From Octopus bimaculoides (lineage: Eukaryota), in assembly GCF_001194135.2 (NCBI RefSeq), contig NC_068990.1, positions 3,514,379 to 3,578,378 on the forward strand: a DNA stretch of 64,000 nt, in the 5' to 3' direction. The notes under the pieces are model-generated. The model did no database searches and was not told where the DNA came from. It worked only from the letters and a program-made list of their open reading frames with translations. This document shows, piece after piece, positions 29,946 to 44,115 of the stretch (position 1 is its first letter; every line of letters begins with the position of its first letter). Made by a program: the position numbers and the translations under genes.

Positions 29946-30594
29946 AGGTAAATAAATTTTGAAATAAATCGTGTTTTATATCAAAATTTGCGCCACATCA
30001 CATAACGCAAACTTCCATATTCATGCTTTACCCCTCGTAGGAACAGAAGCACCAGTAGCTAATATATGGAGCGTAGATTACTGCTTAACTAATGGGGTCG
30101 ATGCAGATGATGCTGAGGTACAATTTTTGCAGTCAAAATAAACAATAAATATATGAAGGAGTCATCATCGAAATAATAGTATTCTTATAGAGTGTTGAAA
30201 TTCGGTGAGTCTAATATAAATAAATCTTTTTCAGTCTAAAAGCGCGATAAATCATTAGATCTCTCAGGTCGAAAGCAACATCGCTTTTCTTGATAAAAAA
30301 AAGAAGCAACTAGATAGATGTATTTGTATTGAAAAGATATATTTATTTCCATAGACGTATGAAAGTATATCTATATGGATATATATATATATNNNNNNNN
30401 NNNNNNNNNNNNNNNNNNNNNNNNNNNNNNNNNNNNNNNNNNNNNNNNNNNNNNNNNNNNNNNNNNNNNNNNNNNNNNNNNNNNNNNNNNNNNNNNNNNN
30501 NNNNNNNNNNNNNNNNNNNNNNNNNNNNNNNNNNNNNNNNNNNNNNNNNNNNNNNNNNNNNNNNNNNNNNNNNNNNNNNNNNNNNNNNNNNNNN

Positions 30595-30636
<42 letters not shown>

Positions 30637-31819
30637 TGTGTGTGTGTGTGTGTTGTGCATATTATATATATACACATACATATGCAGGTATGTACGTACG
30701 TAGCCCAGAAAATGACAACTTTGTTATTTTTTTGTTTTCCTTTCTATTTCAGACATTTTCATAATTCAAATTTGGAGATTAACATCATTGCTTGTGGCAC
30801 ACAGAGGAAATATGCAAAAGTAATATTTACACATAAAACTACAAACGGAAGTAGCAAAAAGTTATTCGGGGAAATCAGTCAAAACGGTAAGTGTTACAAT
30901 ATATTTTTCTCTTGCTAATATTCAAATCGGGATTTTAGATATTTTTCTGTTGGTTGTTCATCGATAAAAGTTGCATTTTATCAAATCACTCTTACATTTA
31001 CTTTCCCGTTCGCCCTATTTCTCTTTGCGTATTATTCGACCAGTCTCACTCACTCTTCCTATTTTTCTATAACCACCACCACAACCACCATCGCTTTCTC
31101 TCTCTAGCCACATATATTCGTGCGTGTGTATCTATATATGTAGGGGTGGTATGTATATATTATCATAAAGAAAGTTAACTTTCTTAAATAGATATGACGT
31201 ATTGCTAAACCACTTGCACATCTCCGCACAGAAACGGACAAGTACACACATGCAGACGGACGAATATAAATGAGTGTGTGTGTGTATATATATATATATA
31301 TGTATGTATGCACGTATGTATGTATGTATGTGTTTATGTATGAGTGGGTATGTATACATATAAACATATATATGTGTGTATATGTGCGTGTGCATATATG
31401 CGTTTACACTCAGTATTCCTAAGGCATCGTGTAAGAGATTTATCGAGCAGTAAATGGTCGCTTAAAGAAAATACATTCACTGTGGCCAACACGTCGTTAA
31501 ATGAGAACGCATTTTTCGTGGTTAGACGATTTGGTGTCTACTTTCAGCATGTAAGGAAACCACTTTGTAGCGTTCCTCTTATATTTGAATATATATATAT
31601 ATATATATCATTACGAGTTCATAAAGTTGTGTGTACTTTTATTAAACCTGCGCTGACTGAATCGAGAATTCAGTCAAATTAGAAATTTAATTTATTACTA
31701 ATGGTAACTGTTTACCTTCAAGTTCCATCGTTACAAGCTTATCAAAACTGTTTTGAGAAACCAATATCGGCAAACTGCCATGTAAACAACCAGTTTAAAC
31801 GCGCGCACGTGTATTTGAA

Positions 31820-31870
<51 letters not shown>

Positions 31871-34800
31871 ACGTGTGTGTTTATGCGTGTGTGGTGTTTA
31901 AATAATGTAATATGTTTATATTGATTCTGATTTAAGTCAAAGATCAATGTGTTTAGGAATGAACTGGGGGAGTTGTATGTAATGTGTAGGTGAATCACAA
32001 ACGTTTTTCATTTTTCAATTTTGTGCGATGTTTTCACATTACCTAATGGAATATTCATTGCACTGATGATAATTGATTTACCGATTTTTCGGGGAGTCAC
32101 AACAGCATTTCTTGGTAATATGAACATATATTTGAATATTGATATTGATAAATAGTAGGTTTAGAAATTTCTTATAATTTAATAGTTATTTTCAATAAAG
32201 ACAAACACCAATATGGACGACAGTCATTTCAATAAATAGCAAATTCAATAATGTAGAACTGAATAATTCCATTTATTCTAAATTCATAGGACGTCTGCTT
32301 TTTAAATTTAAACACATTGAAGCTTACGGCATATTAACAGTTTTAGAGGCGTTGTTTGCTAGCACAACTGAAGTGGGATTTACTGGTAATTTTTTCACCG
32401 CTTTCTGACATATATACATGCATTAACGTTACGTTCCATTTTCTGTTTTACCACTCCTTTTCTTTTTCATTTTCTTTTCTATTTCTTTTTATAAAATAAA
32501 GCTTCAGAAAACTTAACACACTTCGAAATTAGCGTTAAAAATCCGAAGACTACATCTCCAGAAATTATATAAAGTATGATTGATGTTGTCTGCAATAGAA
32601 GGTACCTTTTATGCAATGAAATTTTCGTTGAAAGAGAATCGATTGAAATATCTAAAAATGGGTGTCGACATCGGTCAGTGTTATTGCCTTTCGTCAACGA
32701 TGTGCGCCGACATAAAACTTTATAATACAGCATCATGTTCACCTGAAACAGGAGTCACATGTATTTTGTGTTTAAGTACCTATGAGTTTTCCTAATCAAT
32801 ACATCCATACTCTCTCCATCTCTGTCAAAGATAGCATTAGTAGGGCGACATTATCCAATGTCTTTTTTCTTTAAATCTTTGATTTCTCATTTAAGAAATA
32901 TTTAGCTGGTATTTTTTAAAGGTCGAGTGACTACAAAGTGCGTTTTTTTGTAGGAAATGAATAATACAATTCGTGTTCTGAAATCATTTTGTGTCTTCCC
33001 GGAAGAAAACATTATACTGAATATATCAACAAGGAGTATTTGCGAATTGAAAAACTTAATTTACGTTGCTAACTATATGGCTATAAATATTGTTTCGACC
33101 TGTTGGCAACATATTTTGCTTTCGTTGTTTTTGNNNNNNNNNNNNNNNNNNNNNNNNNNNNNNNNNNNNNNNNNNNNNNNNNNNNNNNNNNNNNNNNNGG
33201 GCTTGTTAAATTACATGTTTTTGATTAGCGAAAGATATAAGGATGAGAAAAATGGAATTTTATAAGTAATGAATTTCTAGGAATATCAACTTAGTGAAAT
33301 CAGAAATATGCAAGAGTAAAGAATGGGTTTAAACAGAAATTTAATTGCCTAAATTTAATCTTTGTACGTTTTCTTTAAAGCAAAAACAGGTTTGCATTGA
33401 AAATATATAACTGTTCCTATATTTCGTATAAAATAAGTTGTACAACACTGCGTTGGCATATCTTTCATGATTAACAAGCGTGTCAATGGAGTAACAGAAT
33501 CGACACTCACATTTGAATTCTGAGCTTCCCTACTTTATTAGAGAGAAACTTCTCAAAATGATCGGTAACTCGATCGTTGCTACGGGTCACATTCTTGTAG
33601 CGCGTCATTCAGAAGTATTTTAACTGTGTTAATAATGTCGAGGCAAATAACTTTGTCTCCAAAATTCCGTTTTAACGTAGACTTTCTATTCAGTTTTGTC
33701 AAAATTTAACATGAGCGAAAAAGTTTTTGGAATTGAATAATAATTCCAGTTGCGTCCTGGCTGGTAAAATCGTTAGAAACATTTTGGAAAATAGATATTC
33801 ATTATTTTGTGGGTAGACAGTGATTGAATGTATGAAAAAGTGATACATTTTTGTCTTGAAAAGAAAATATAAATAATGTAAGGGAATATTCCGTCAGAAT
33901 TTTTTCGACTATCATTTAGTTCTTGATTTAACTATGTGCATGAATTATCAAAGTTTACAATTGATTTGCTCTGCTTTAATTCTACTTTATAGCAGAACAT
34001 TCCCTTTGTTTCTAGATAACAAAACTCGTAAGACCATGCATAAATGAATACAATATTCATCTTTCCAAACTTCCATATCGTCTTTGATTTTGCTTAGGAC
34101 ATCAATTCTCATACATTTTTATAATGTAAGCAATTACATTTTCCTTTTAATGTGACATTATTCCCGAGATATTGTTATCATCTATATCAATTGTAATAAT
34201 AGTTTGACTCCAAATTAGATTCATATTTATTTGTCTTATTGACACTCTTAGCTTTCAGTTTCTAAGCCTCAAGTCCCTATCGTAAAAATAACAGCGTCCG
34301 ATATGTTCCTCGTAAAATTAATCCGCTGTTGTTTACCTCCAATCATTTTGCCGAAAGACACAGTTGTATCGCGTAGGTAAACCATTGAACAACGCATTAA
34401 TTATAAAACTGACTTCCTAATCATAACTGCTATTGGCATAGACAATAATTGGAAGATTAATATAATAGCTATCAAACCATGTATACTAATTCCTAAAATT
34501 CGAATTTTCAAAGCTATGAATCTATACATGAACGGAATAGCTGCAGTATCTATTACAAGAAAGAAAGCACTTCCAAACTTTATATGCATGTATAACTCCC
34601 AATACTACAGTATATATTTCAACATTATCATAAACATTTGTTCTCCCTTCAGGATTTGACTATCTTTCAATTCAATATTTGAATAATGTTATTTGAAATA
34701 TATTGTCTATATATGCGAATGGTAATTAGTTTTATTCTCTTTCACCAAGAATTATCAACCTTAAGAAAAGTAAAATTATCATATTACGACTAACGTAAAT

Positions 34801-35619
34801 TTATCATTAAAATATCAAAGTTACACCTATCTTTTCATTTGCAGAAACATTTACAATTTATAAATGTGAATTTGATGCCTTTAAACTTTCCTAACCCATT
34901 AATTCTCTCTATACTTACCATCTGGGAAGGTAGATGCTACTTTCCGATTATAGGGCCAATTGCGATAACATATTACTTTATATGGCAAGGACATCTTTGC
35001 ACATGTAGCAGAGCAGCTACCATAATTAAAGTGTCTCTACTTTACCTACTGACTTCTTGTTATTTAGCTTCAGCCTCAGATTTTATCAAACAAATCTATG
35101 AGCAAAGCCTCCCATCGACGACCACTGCATCGCTTCAGGTAATATATTCAACCAGACTATCTAAAATGTGTTTCACTTTTAAGAGAGTAAGGTGTTATTT
35201 CAGAGACATGAGGTTGCTATATCTAACAGGTTCATTAAACATTAAGAAGATTCGTCATTGACACGTATCTAATATTTTAGTTTGATTAGGTGCACCATAG
35301 AACAAAGTCTGCATTAAATGGAACAAAATACAATAGTAATTTATTTTACGTTTCTTTTCGCTGCTGTTCTTGCTTGAAAATTAATTGCATATTAATCATA
35401 TCAAATTTTATGCACTACCAGCTTGCAAAAGAACGAAATCAGTCAATGAAATAAGGAAATATAACAGAAAATTTAATGCTACAAAAATATTAGATGCATT
35501 TCTAAACGAAAATGCCTTATAAACAGAGTTACGGAGAAATATAGTAGTTTCTGAGACATTTGCAGCAATAATATTCGCCTATAAATTTGACTGGTCTCAG
35601 TAATTGGGATTCTTTTACT

Positions 35620-35825
35620 CTTTTACTTGTTTCAGTCATTTGACTGCGGCCATGCTGGAGCACCGCCTTTACTCGAGAAAATCAACCCCACGACTTATTC
35701 TGTGTAAGCCTAGTACTTATTCTATCGAACACTTTTTCCCGAACTCCTAAGTTACGGGGATGTAAACACACCAGCATCGGTGGTCAAACGATGGGGCGGG
35801 CACAAACACAGACACACAAACATAC

Positions 35826-35919
<94 letters not shown>

Positions 35920-36085
35920 GTGTGTGTATACGACGGGCTTCTTTCAGTTACCGTCTACCAAATCCACTCACAAGGTTTTGTTCGGCCCGAGGATATAGTA
36001 GAAGACACTTACCCAAGGTGCCACGCAGTGGGACTGAACATGGAACGATGTGGTTGGTAAGCAAGCTACTTACCACCGCCTATTG
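35620..36085 (-). mobile_element. Composite tRNA-SINE with internal (TA)n(TG)n microsatellite and CR1-like 3' tail
   Basis: Head-side half at 35930-36085, microsatellite at ~35816-35930, and 3' half ending GGTGCTCCAGCATGGCCGCAGTCAAATGACTGAAAC followed by (AAGAGTA)-like repeats on the minus strand. Confidence 0.85.
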
Positions 36086-39000
36086 CTAAATTACTTACGA
36101 GACCTTTCATATTTTACATACATTCCTCTCCATATCTAATGCATTCTCCACAATCTAATGCATTCAGTATTTTAAAATGTATTATAAGGAGGACATTAAT
36201 AACACATCAATACATCCATCTTCACCCACTGTTCCGGGGAGGGTCGGAGGGATAATGTCCCCAGGGACCTACTCCGAACGGTCACATCAGAAGCAACTGT
36301 CATTACATTATCCGGCTGGATATCCAAGGGTACCTAACTGAGACTATGGATAGTACCCAACCAACTTCCTTCAACGTGTCTTGAAATTATTTCCTGCGAT
36401 ATTCTAATCGCATGTCCGTATTACCGGGGTTCTGACCTTTCAATGAGAGGTCGACCTTGAGACACTTCCAGGTCCCCAGGCTATGCAAAAATATCAGTTT
36501 TTCAATTGCACCTGTTGGAATCCTTAAATACAAAGCTTGTCGTTTTGACTTAGAAACTTGCGTGCTACTTACAAATTAAAACAATAAAACAGTTCATTTG
36601 TTGATGGAATTTTTTGTTATCATTTATAAGTACTCTATTTCCGCTGATGTCGATAAGCATCTGTTTTTTTAATCTTCATGTTTGCCTTCAGCATAATATT
36701 TTTCTTCTTATATATCGGAGTGTTTAAACGACTTTTTCTAAGTTTGTATTTTGTAATGAAAATTCATTTAATTCGTTTTGATCATCTTTTGGTTTCTAAA
36801 ATTTGCTTGAGTTTACTTAAAACTTCCATGTTTTGTTTTTCGTGTCTCTCGAGCCACGCTTTGCGCTGACGTACTCTTACCAGGCATCACTATGAAATTT
36901 TGAAAATATTTAAATGTAAGTCTTACCGTACTGTTGTTTTTTTTTGTGGGTGGGGAGAAGCGAAAAATAAATATTTCAATACCTCATTTGTGAAATTTAG
37001 ATCAATAATCTTACCTAATTTGCCTAAATGCCCGACTGTAATCAAATTCTGAAGAAAAGATATCACATCTGACTTTAACATTCTAGAACATTATATTCAT
37101 TGCACAATACAATTTTTATTGGCGGAATTTGACCAATTCTTTTCAAAGAAAATGAAATTTAATTGTACAAGAATATCTGCTAGGTTTTTCTAGCGGCTCT
37201 CCACATGTTAAACAGCGAGAGGACATAATAACATTCTCAATACAATAATTTCATAAGTTTAGACTATAGAAGGCTTATTAAACCAATTTAGTGCATTTTT
37301 GTAGAAATCTGTTTACTTAGTAATTGGTTCGTGTACTTAAAAATCTGACTCAAACTCGATATTTGAAGACTTGGGTTTGTGTTCCGGTTGACCTCACATT
37401 GCGCGCGAAGTCGTCAGTGTGGCAAGTAGGGTTAGTATGCCACCCTATTTACGCTTTTTCGTTATATTGTGGGTAGATTTATTGATGACCATATTGAATT
37501 GGTGGGAATTTTTTTCTTATTATATAAAACTCTTGATGAAAATAAGTCCTTTTTTTAGTGAAAATTAACAATGAAATTTTAACTTTATATTTCATAAGGA
37601 TTATCTGATCTATCCCCATCAAATTTTGTATCAAAATAAAGAAAAAAAAAACGTTCCTCTTTATGACAGTATGATATTTAACACAACTCGAGTTATAGCG
37701 CTTGAGCGCATTGTACTAGAACGAGGGCTGCCGTTCAGTAGGCAAAAGAAATTTTAAAAAGGCAAACTTTGTAAATGCGTGGAAATACTAGGGTGTTTAT
37801 GGGACCCCGACATGATATAAAATTGTCAGATTTTAATTAAAATAATATGAGAAGAATGTTCATATCCAGAGCTTTTAAACAACATGTAATTTTCTTCATA
37901 AAATATTTATTTTGACACGAAAAAGATGACGCAAAAAGTGTGGTTTTGCGTTTTCTAACTGTGCTTGTCTCCATTGTATGTATTCTGTAAGTATACGTAC
38001 TGCTACTTCACACTCATACTTAATGATTAGCGACAATTAATCGCTTCAGTACAGCAGATCATTACTATCAGAGATGTTATCTCTCATATTTATTGACATC
38101 TTTTTATCAGAATAGCGTTTACTTTACTTACAAACAAGATTTATTTTATAGTAAACGTATAAATGAAAATCCCTCTTTCATGTCTTAATTAATCGTATTC
38201 TTCTGATATCTTAAAACATTTTACAAGTTTTAATTTTGAATTATTAATGAGTGCATTCTTCTTCGTAATTTTATCTGTTTTCCTTTGTCATTCACATCTT
38301 GGAACTATAGGTTTTCTTTCCTAAAGATGCTGCACGAATTTACGTATTTATTGTTTAATATCACAATATGTGATCAATAGCTTCACTGCTTACAGGTCTT
38401 CAAACTGGCTCATCAACGGTTCAAAATCTTTCTCTCGGTCAGGATGACAAGGAAACGTCGGCAACAAAGTGAAAGGACCTTCGTTCGAAGGAGATCAGTT
38501 TTTCTCCGACATTTATGTCCTTCGCCGAATTACACATATATGAGTGTGTATTACTATTGTTAGATTCTACCTATAGTTATATATAATTATTAATTATAAA
38601 ATTGCAGGATCGGTCTGTACTGATTAAATTGGAGGGTCAGTCTATACACTAACGAGGAAAACGTAAACGGTTTCTTCTATGAAGTAGTTTTAATTTGTTT
38701 GGTATCATTTTATATATATATATCTGCGTGTGTGTGTGTGTGTGTGCGTGTGTGTGTGTGTGTGTATGTGTGTGTGTGTGCGTGTATGTGCGTGTGTGTG
38801 CGTATCTATGAGTGTGTGTGTGCTTGTGTGGATAAATAGTGAGAGATGTACTGCGTACGCATATACGCGCATATATACGTATGCGCTACATACACACACA
38901 TACACACACACACACACATAAATAGACATGTATGTATATAAATACACTCACATAAAACACAGCTACATATATGCATACATACAGTGCATACTCGTGTTTG

Positions 39001-39601
39001 AAAGCACACATTTCATCCTATAACATGTATTTTCACTAAGAGGTGAAATAAGAAGTTCATAATTAATTGAAATAATTATAGCTACGACTACGATGTGTAT
39101 GTGAATACAACTGAAGAGAATGAGCGAATCTCAAGTAGATATTACGTTACAATTATGTATATATTACCACCAATTAGGAGCATAATATACTGTTTCAATA
39201 CGTAGGCATACAAATCTTAACAACGCATCAATGTATTTCGAGCAGAAAAAGTCGATGGAGTACGACTCGATAAGAATAGATAGGTATGTTCTTTAAATAG
39301 ATTGAGGCCATGAATTATCAATTAAATGGAAATTGGAGATAGCAAATATGATAAGGGTAAGAATAATCAGGTCTTTTTGAGATATGGTGAAGATAAATGG
39401 TATATTTAACCTTCGCAGCAAAACATATTAAGTTGCTTGATATGCATTATAAAATATGAGAAAAAATAAATACATATACAGAGTAAATGCATATAAACCA
39501 GTGGTAATTAACTGAGGGGTAATACTTATGACTTGAAGATGTTCACAAAACTTTGTTGTCCTAATCTACTAATTTATTCCTCACAATTTTTCGTGTACTG
39601 A

Positions 39602-39825
39602 AAGGCGCCGAGCTGGCGGAATAGCTACAGTACCGGACAAAATCCTTAGCGGCATATTTTTTTTATTAACTTTATGTTCTGAGTTCAAATTCAGCCTAGG
39701 TCGCCTTTGCTTTTCATATTTCGGTAAAATAAGAAGCAGTATTTGAGCTCCGTTGTCGATGTAATAGTCTATCCACTCCGCTAAAATTTCCAGCCTTGTA
39801 CCAATAGTAGAATGGATTGTTTTAT
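39602..39825 (+). mobile_element. SINE (abundant family)
   Basis: AAGGCGCCGAGCTGGCGGAAT...GTTCTGAGTTCAAATTCAGCCTAGGTCGCCTTTGCTTTTCAT: tRNA-like head with B box plus the family core. Confidence 0.75.
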
Positions 39826-40234
39826 GTACTGAACCAAGGTTTAATAACCTAAACATAATACTCCATACCATCCTAAGTCATCTTAATACTGGTGGGCGTA
39901 TTACTTGAAACCGGATAAAATTTTATTTAGGATGAAAAATGGAATTATTGTGCAAGAAACAAATATATCATCTCTGCCGGATTATATTTCCGACGAATAG
40001 TCATTCGTGTTCTCAAGAACAGTTAATTGTGTTTTACTTGAGAAATTTTATTGTTCAAGTGATGCGTCAAGTAACTTATAGCATTTGTAACATCTATTTC
40101 GCACACTTCATACATTCGTTCAATACAGTTCAACGTTTACATAGACACACACACAAACATATACAAACACATTACACAAACACATACACATACACGCACA
40201 CACATATTTATAGATAGTTAGATAGCTAGATAGA

Positions 40235-40280
<46 letters not shown>

Positions 40281-40286
40281 TATAGA

Positions 40287-40348
<62 letters not shown>

Positions 40349-41563
40349 TACAGACAGACAGGTAGGTAGGTAGGTAGGTAGGTAGGTAGGTAGGCAGACA
40401 CTCAGAAGGACAGTCAGAGAGACAGATAGACGGACAGGCAGACATGGAAATATACCTTCGTATACACGAAACGATTTGGTCCCACTTTGTATTTCTTTCT
40501 CCATTCAATACATACATTATGTTTATAACTTACATTCTGTCCAATAACTCGTTGGATTACGTCACAAACAGGTGATATTCTCTATATAGATATACTTATG
40601 GATTTGCGATTCAAATTGCCAGAGAAATTGCAGAGAATTTCCGAGAGATTTAAAGAATTTCTTTTATATCTTTATTCACATTTGGAGGGAGGATGAGAAA
40701 TACTTCTCTTTACTGAGCAAGATGAAATGTCATATACGCTATTCACGTTATTTGATGGAAGTTTAGCCAAGTGCAAGCAGCACGTCACGAACTTGTAATC
40801 ATAGCTAATCCCGAAAATTTCTGCTTATGTAATTTGCTTAAAATATTTTGGAATTTTTCCAGTTGAATATATTTAGGTATCACTTCGGTTTATATAACTA
40901 TCCCATCAGTTCTTTTCATCCCATTCCACATAGTGATTATGACATTTATTTTGCTCCATGATTCAAAGGAAAACACAACCTGTTAAACGGACGATTGCTA
41001 ATCATTTTCTATCGAGTCCCTTCTATTTCTGTGTACAGCCGTTCTTTACCATTTTGAGATATTCTGTTATTTGAATCCATTTGCGAAAGCTCCTTATGAT
41101 ATATAGAGTTTATATGGATGTTTCATTTCACTACATCCTTTATTTTCCTTACAATATCTACCTTTTTTATGCTGACACATTCTCATTTCTTTTTCTCTGG
41201 AAAAAATCATTCAGTATAGCGAGTTCTTATGTAAAAGCTACAATTTCCCTTTGCCTTAGGAATTTAGCGGTAGTTTCTCTCGTTTCTGACATTTATTTTG
41301 TAATGGTCGCACTCTATATATATTGTTTAATTCAGTTGATAAATAAATGCCAATGGCTACTTTACGATTCTTCCTAATTTTGTGTATATGTGTGTGTATG
41401 TGTGCGTGTGTATGTGCATGTGTGTGTGCGTATGTGTGCGCGTGTTTGTGAGTCTGTGTGTGAATTTACCTCTGTTAAGTCATATATATCTGACAATGAT
41501 GTCAATGATTACTCAATAACTTTAAGTGGAGCTTATTAACCTTTGCAAAGAAAATTTTGACAG

Positions 41564-41644
41564 TGACTTCCAAGTCTTTGCCTGTTCATCTTCATCGGAC
41601 AGCCGAATCATCGAAGTCATTGTCATCTTACTACAGTACGATTA
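41564..41644 (+). CDS. Candidate internal exon (phase 1-1, 81 nt)
   Basis: TTTTGACAG|...|GTGAGT with open frame TSKSLPVHLHRTAESSKSLSSYYSTI. No recognisable homology. Confidence 0.2.
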
Positions 41645-41717
41645 GTGAGTATATATATATATAAGTTGAGAGAGAGAGAGAAGTATTTGTAAATGTATAT
41701 GTATATCTATCTACCTA

Positions 41718-41749
<32 letters not shown>

Positions 41750-41849
41750 CATATACATATGTATATATGCATTTATTTATATATGGATGATACGCGCGCA
41801 CCTGTGTGAATACGTTTATATATGCATATACATTCTTCATACTACATAC

Positions 41850-41894
<45 letters not shown>

Positions 41895-42394
41895 GATTCA
41901 TCAATGAACAAAGTTTAAATTGATTGGATGAAATATTCTTATTCTTGCTGTCATTATTTGCTTATTAAATTATCGAATTCAGTTTGATCAAATGTAGTTA
42001 TAATATGCTGCTTTTACTTCTTTTAAACAAACTCTTAAGAACATTTGCGACGTCTTTCTGAAGGAATATAATGACATTACTTGACTTCTGTCTATACTTC
42101 TGAGTACGCTATTATTAAATATATCTACCAACAATTTTGTATTAATAATCTTCCATATTATTCTCTTGACTAACCAATGTTATTTCGTGGCGGAAAATAT
42201 ATGAATATTTTCATATTTCGCTGATGTGATGAGCGACAGCATAACATTCACCGAAACTCTGAAAAGCGACGGCTTACTCGTGAACAACTTAAAAGATGTT
42301 TCTAGTATATCTGAGCATTCTGAAGCTGTATCAGTGGTCATTGAGGAGAGAGAAATAGTGGAAAACGACATTATTAGTAAATGTCAGTGTTACC

Positions 42395-42615
42395 TTACAA
42401 CTGTTGTTCAGATTTTGGCACAAGGCCAGCTATTTTGGGGGCGAGATAAGTCGATTACATCGACCCCAGTCCTCAACTGGTACTCATTTTATCGACTCCG
42501 AAAGGGTGAAAGGCAAAATATACCTCGGCGGAATATGACATCGGAACGTAATGACAGACGAAATGCCACAAAACATTTTGCCCGGCGTGTTAACAATTCT
42601 ACCAGCTTGCCACCT
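42395..42615 (-). mobile_element. SINE (abundant family)
   Basis: TCGACCCCAGTCCTCAACTGGTACTCATTTTATCGACTCCGAAAGGGTGAAAGGCAAAATATACCTCGGCGGAAT is the reverse complement of the family core. Confidence 0.85.
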
Positions 42616-42619
42616 GAGA

Positions 42620-43140
42620 TGGGAGTAATATTACAACAGGTAACTGAAGCAGAAGCGTTGCCTTCTTTAGAATGGGACACCCTGAGATGTGGTTCAATAT
42701 TTTGGGTATACCTCCGGAGAGTAGATTGTTTAGTAAATGTAAAAACTTATGTAATTCTTTATATAGATTAGCTTTCAATCCCGACATTCTGGTTATATCT
42801 ACCTCCATTTTTTCTTGGGGGGGTATTCTCCATTCTTCTTAGAGATATATGATAGTTCCTTGGAAAGAACTGTTCGATTAGAAAGTACGCTATTTACCCT
42901 TAATACTTAACATTTATATCCTGCCTATTAACTCTTATTTTCCTAGAATTGGTATATCCCAATGTATGATTGCTTTGGAATTTTTTGACGACATGTTTTG
43001 GTGTGCGTTTCTGCCACATAGTTTCCGCTGGATTTTCATAATATTTCTGAAGTTACGCATTCTGCTTCATTATGAGCTTTTTAATAGCCCCTTTTTTAGG
43101 AAAGCTTTGACGACTCCACTTTTCAAGTAGTGTGGCAATT
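42620..43140 (-). mobile_element. Dong/R4-type (RLE) LINE, decayed C-terminal region
   Basis: Minus frames give AIIHWDIPI...ELIGRI (WD.PI...RPD region), then GGIPKILNHISGCPILKKATLL (terminal LQKxxLL region). Many stops. Confidence 0.5.
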
Positions 43141-43358
43141 TTCTGTTTATGTTACATCGTCTATTTTTTTTTCTCCAAGTATTGAGATCGATCATACATA
43201 ATTACAATACATAATTACAATACATAATTATTGAATCTTGGCACTGCTGGCGAAATGCTTAGCGACATTTTGTCCATCTTCACGTTCAGAGTTCAAATTC
43301 CATCAAGGTTGACTTTGCCTTTCATCTATAAAGTAAAAGATTCTTCTTCTTCTTCTTC

Positions 43359-43413
<55 letters not shown>

Positions 43414-44071
43414 TACTACTACAATAACCTAATGAAATATTTGAATAATGTTCCTTCTGCAACAGAGGCAGCACAGGGGAGAAAAGATAAGACCCAGGCC
43501 AACAGAGAGTTTGGTTACGTTTTAATCTCCTGTTAAGCCACAACATTCATTTTGATAAAATTCTTTTAATACAGAACGATATCACATTTTCTCTTATATC
43601 CTTTACATAAAAATATTGAATGTATATGCGTGTATGTGCGCACCAATATGTTCTTGTGTGTAAGTGTATATATGCGTGAAATGTATGCAGAATATTTCTC
43701 TTAAAACTTGTTTTCTGATTGTATGAGATACTAAAAATTCTTCGGTTAGAAGATTAATATATTTCTATTATCGAAATAAAGAATTATTCATATTTTCTCA
43801 TCATTTTTACGTATAAAACACGCATAGGAATATTACAGAAATCATTCACAGCTAACATTTTTGGAATTTTCTCTAATATTGTGTTCTTTTTTTTTCTTTG
43901 CTTTTGTAAAATAAGAAAGTCATAGAAAATATGCATTTCAATTTTCATACAAAATTATTGCTGTAATAAATAAAAGCATTAAATGCAGTTTTAGATTTCT
44001 CCAATCTTAGACTGTTATCAACACAAAGTGGAATTCAGCGATTCAACGAAGTATGACTGCACACACGTACA

Positions 44072-44115
<44 letters not shown>

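Noticed and set aside
34290-34620. GPCR TM5-TM6-like reading on the minus strand (AIPFMYRFIALKIR...LIAIILIFQLLSMP)
   Set aside because: In-frame stop, and no DRY, GN or NPxxY motifs in flanking frames; hydrophobic frames are expected in AT-rich DNA.
42226-42771. 181-aa plus ORF as one CDS
   Set aside because: It runs through a SINE (42395-42615) and the antisense of a Dong fragment, so it is a chance chimera.
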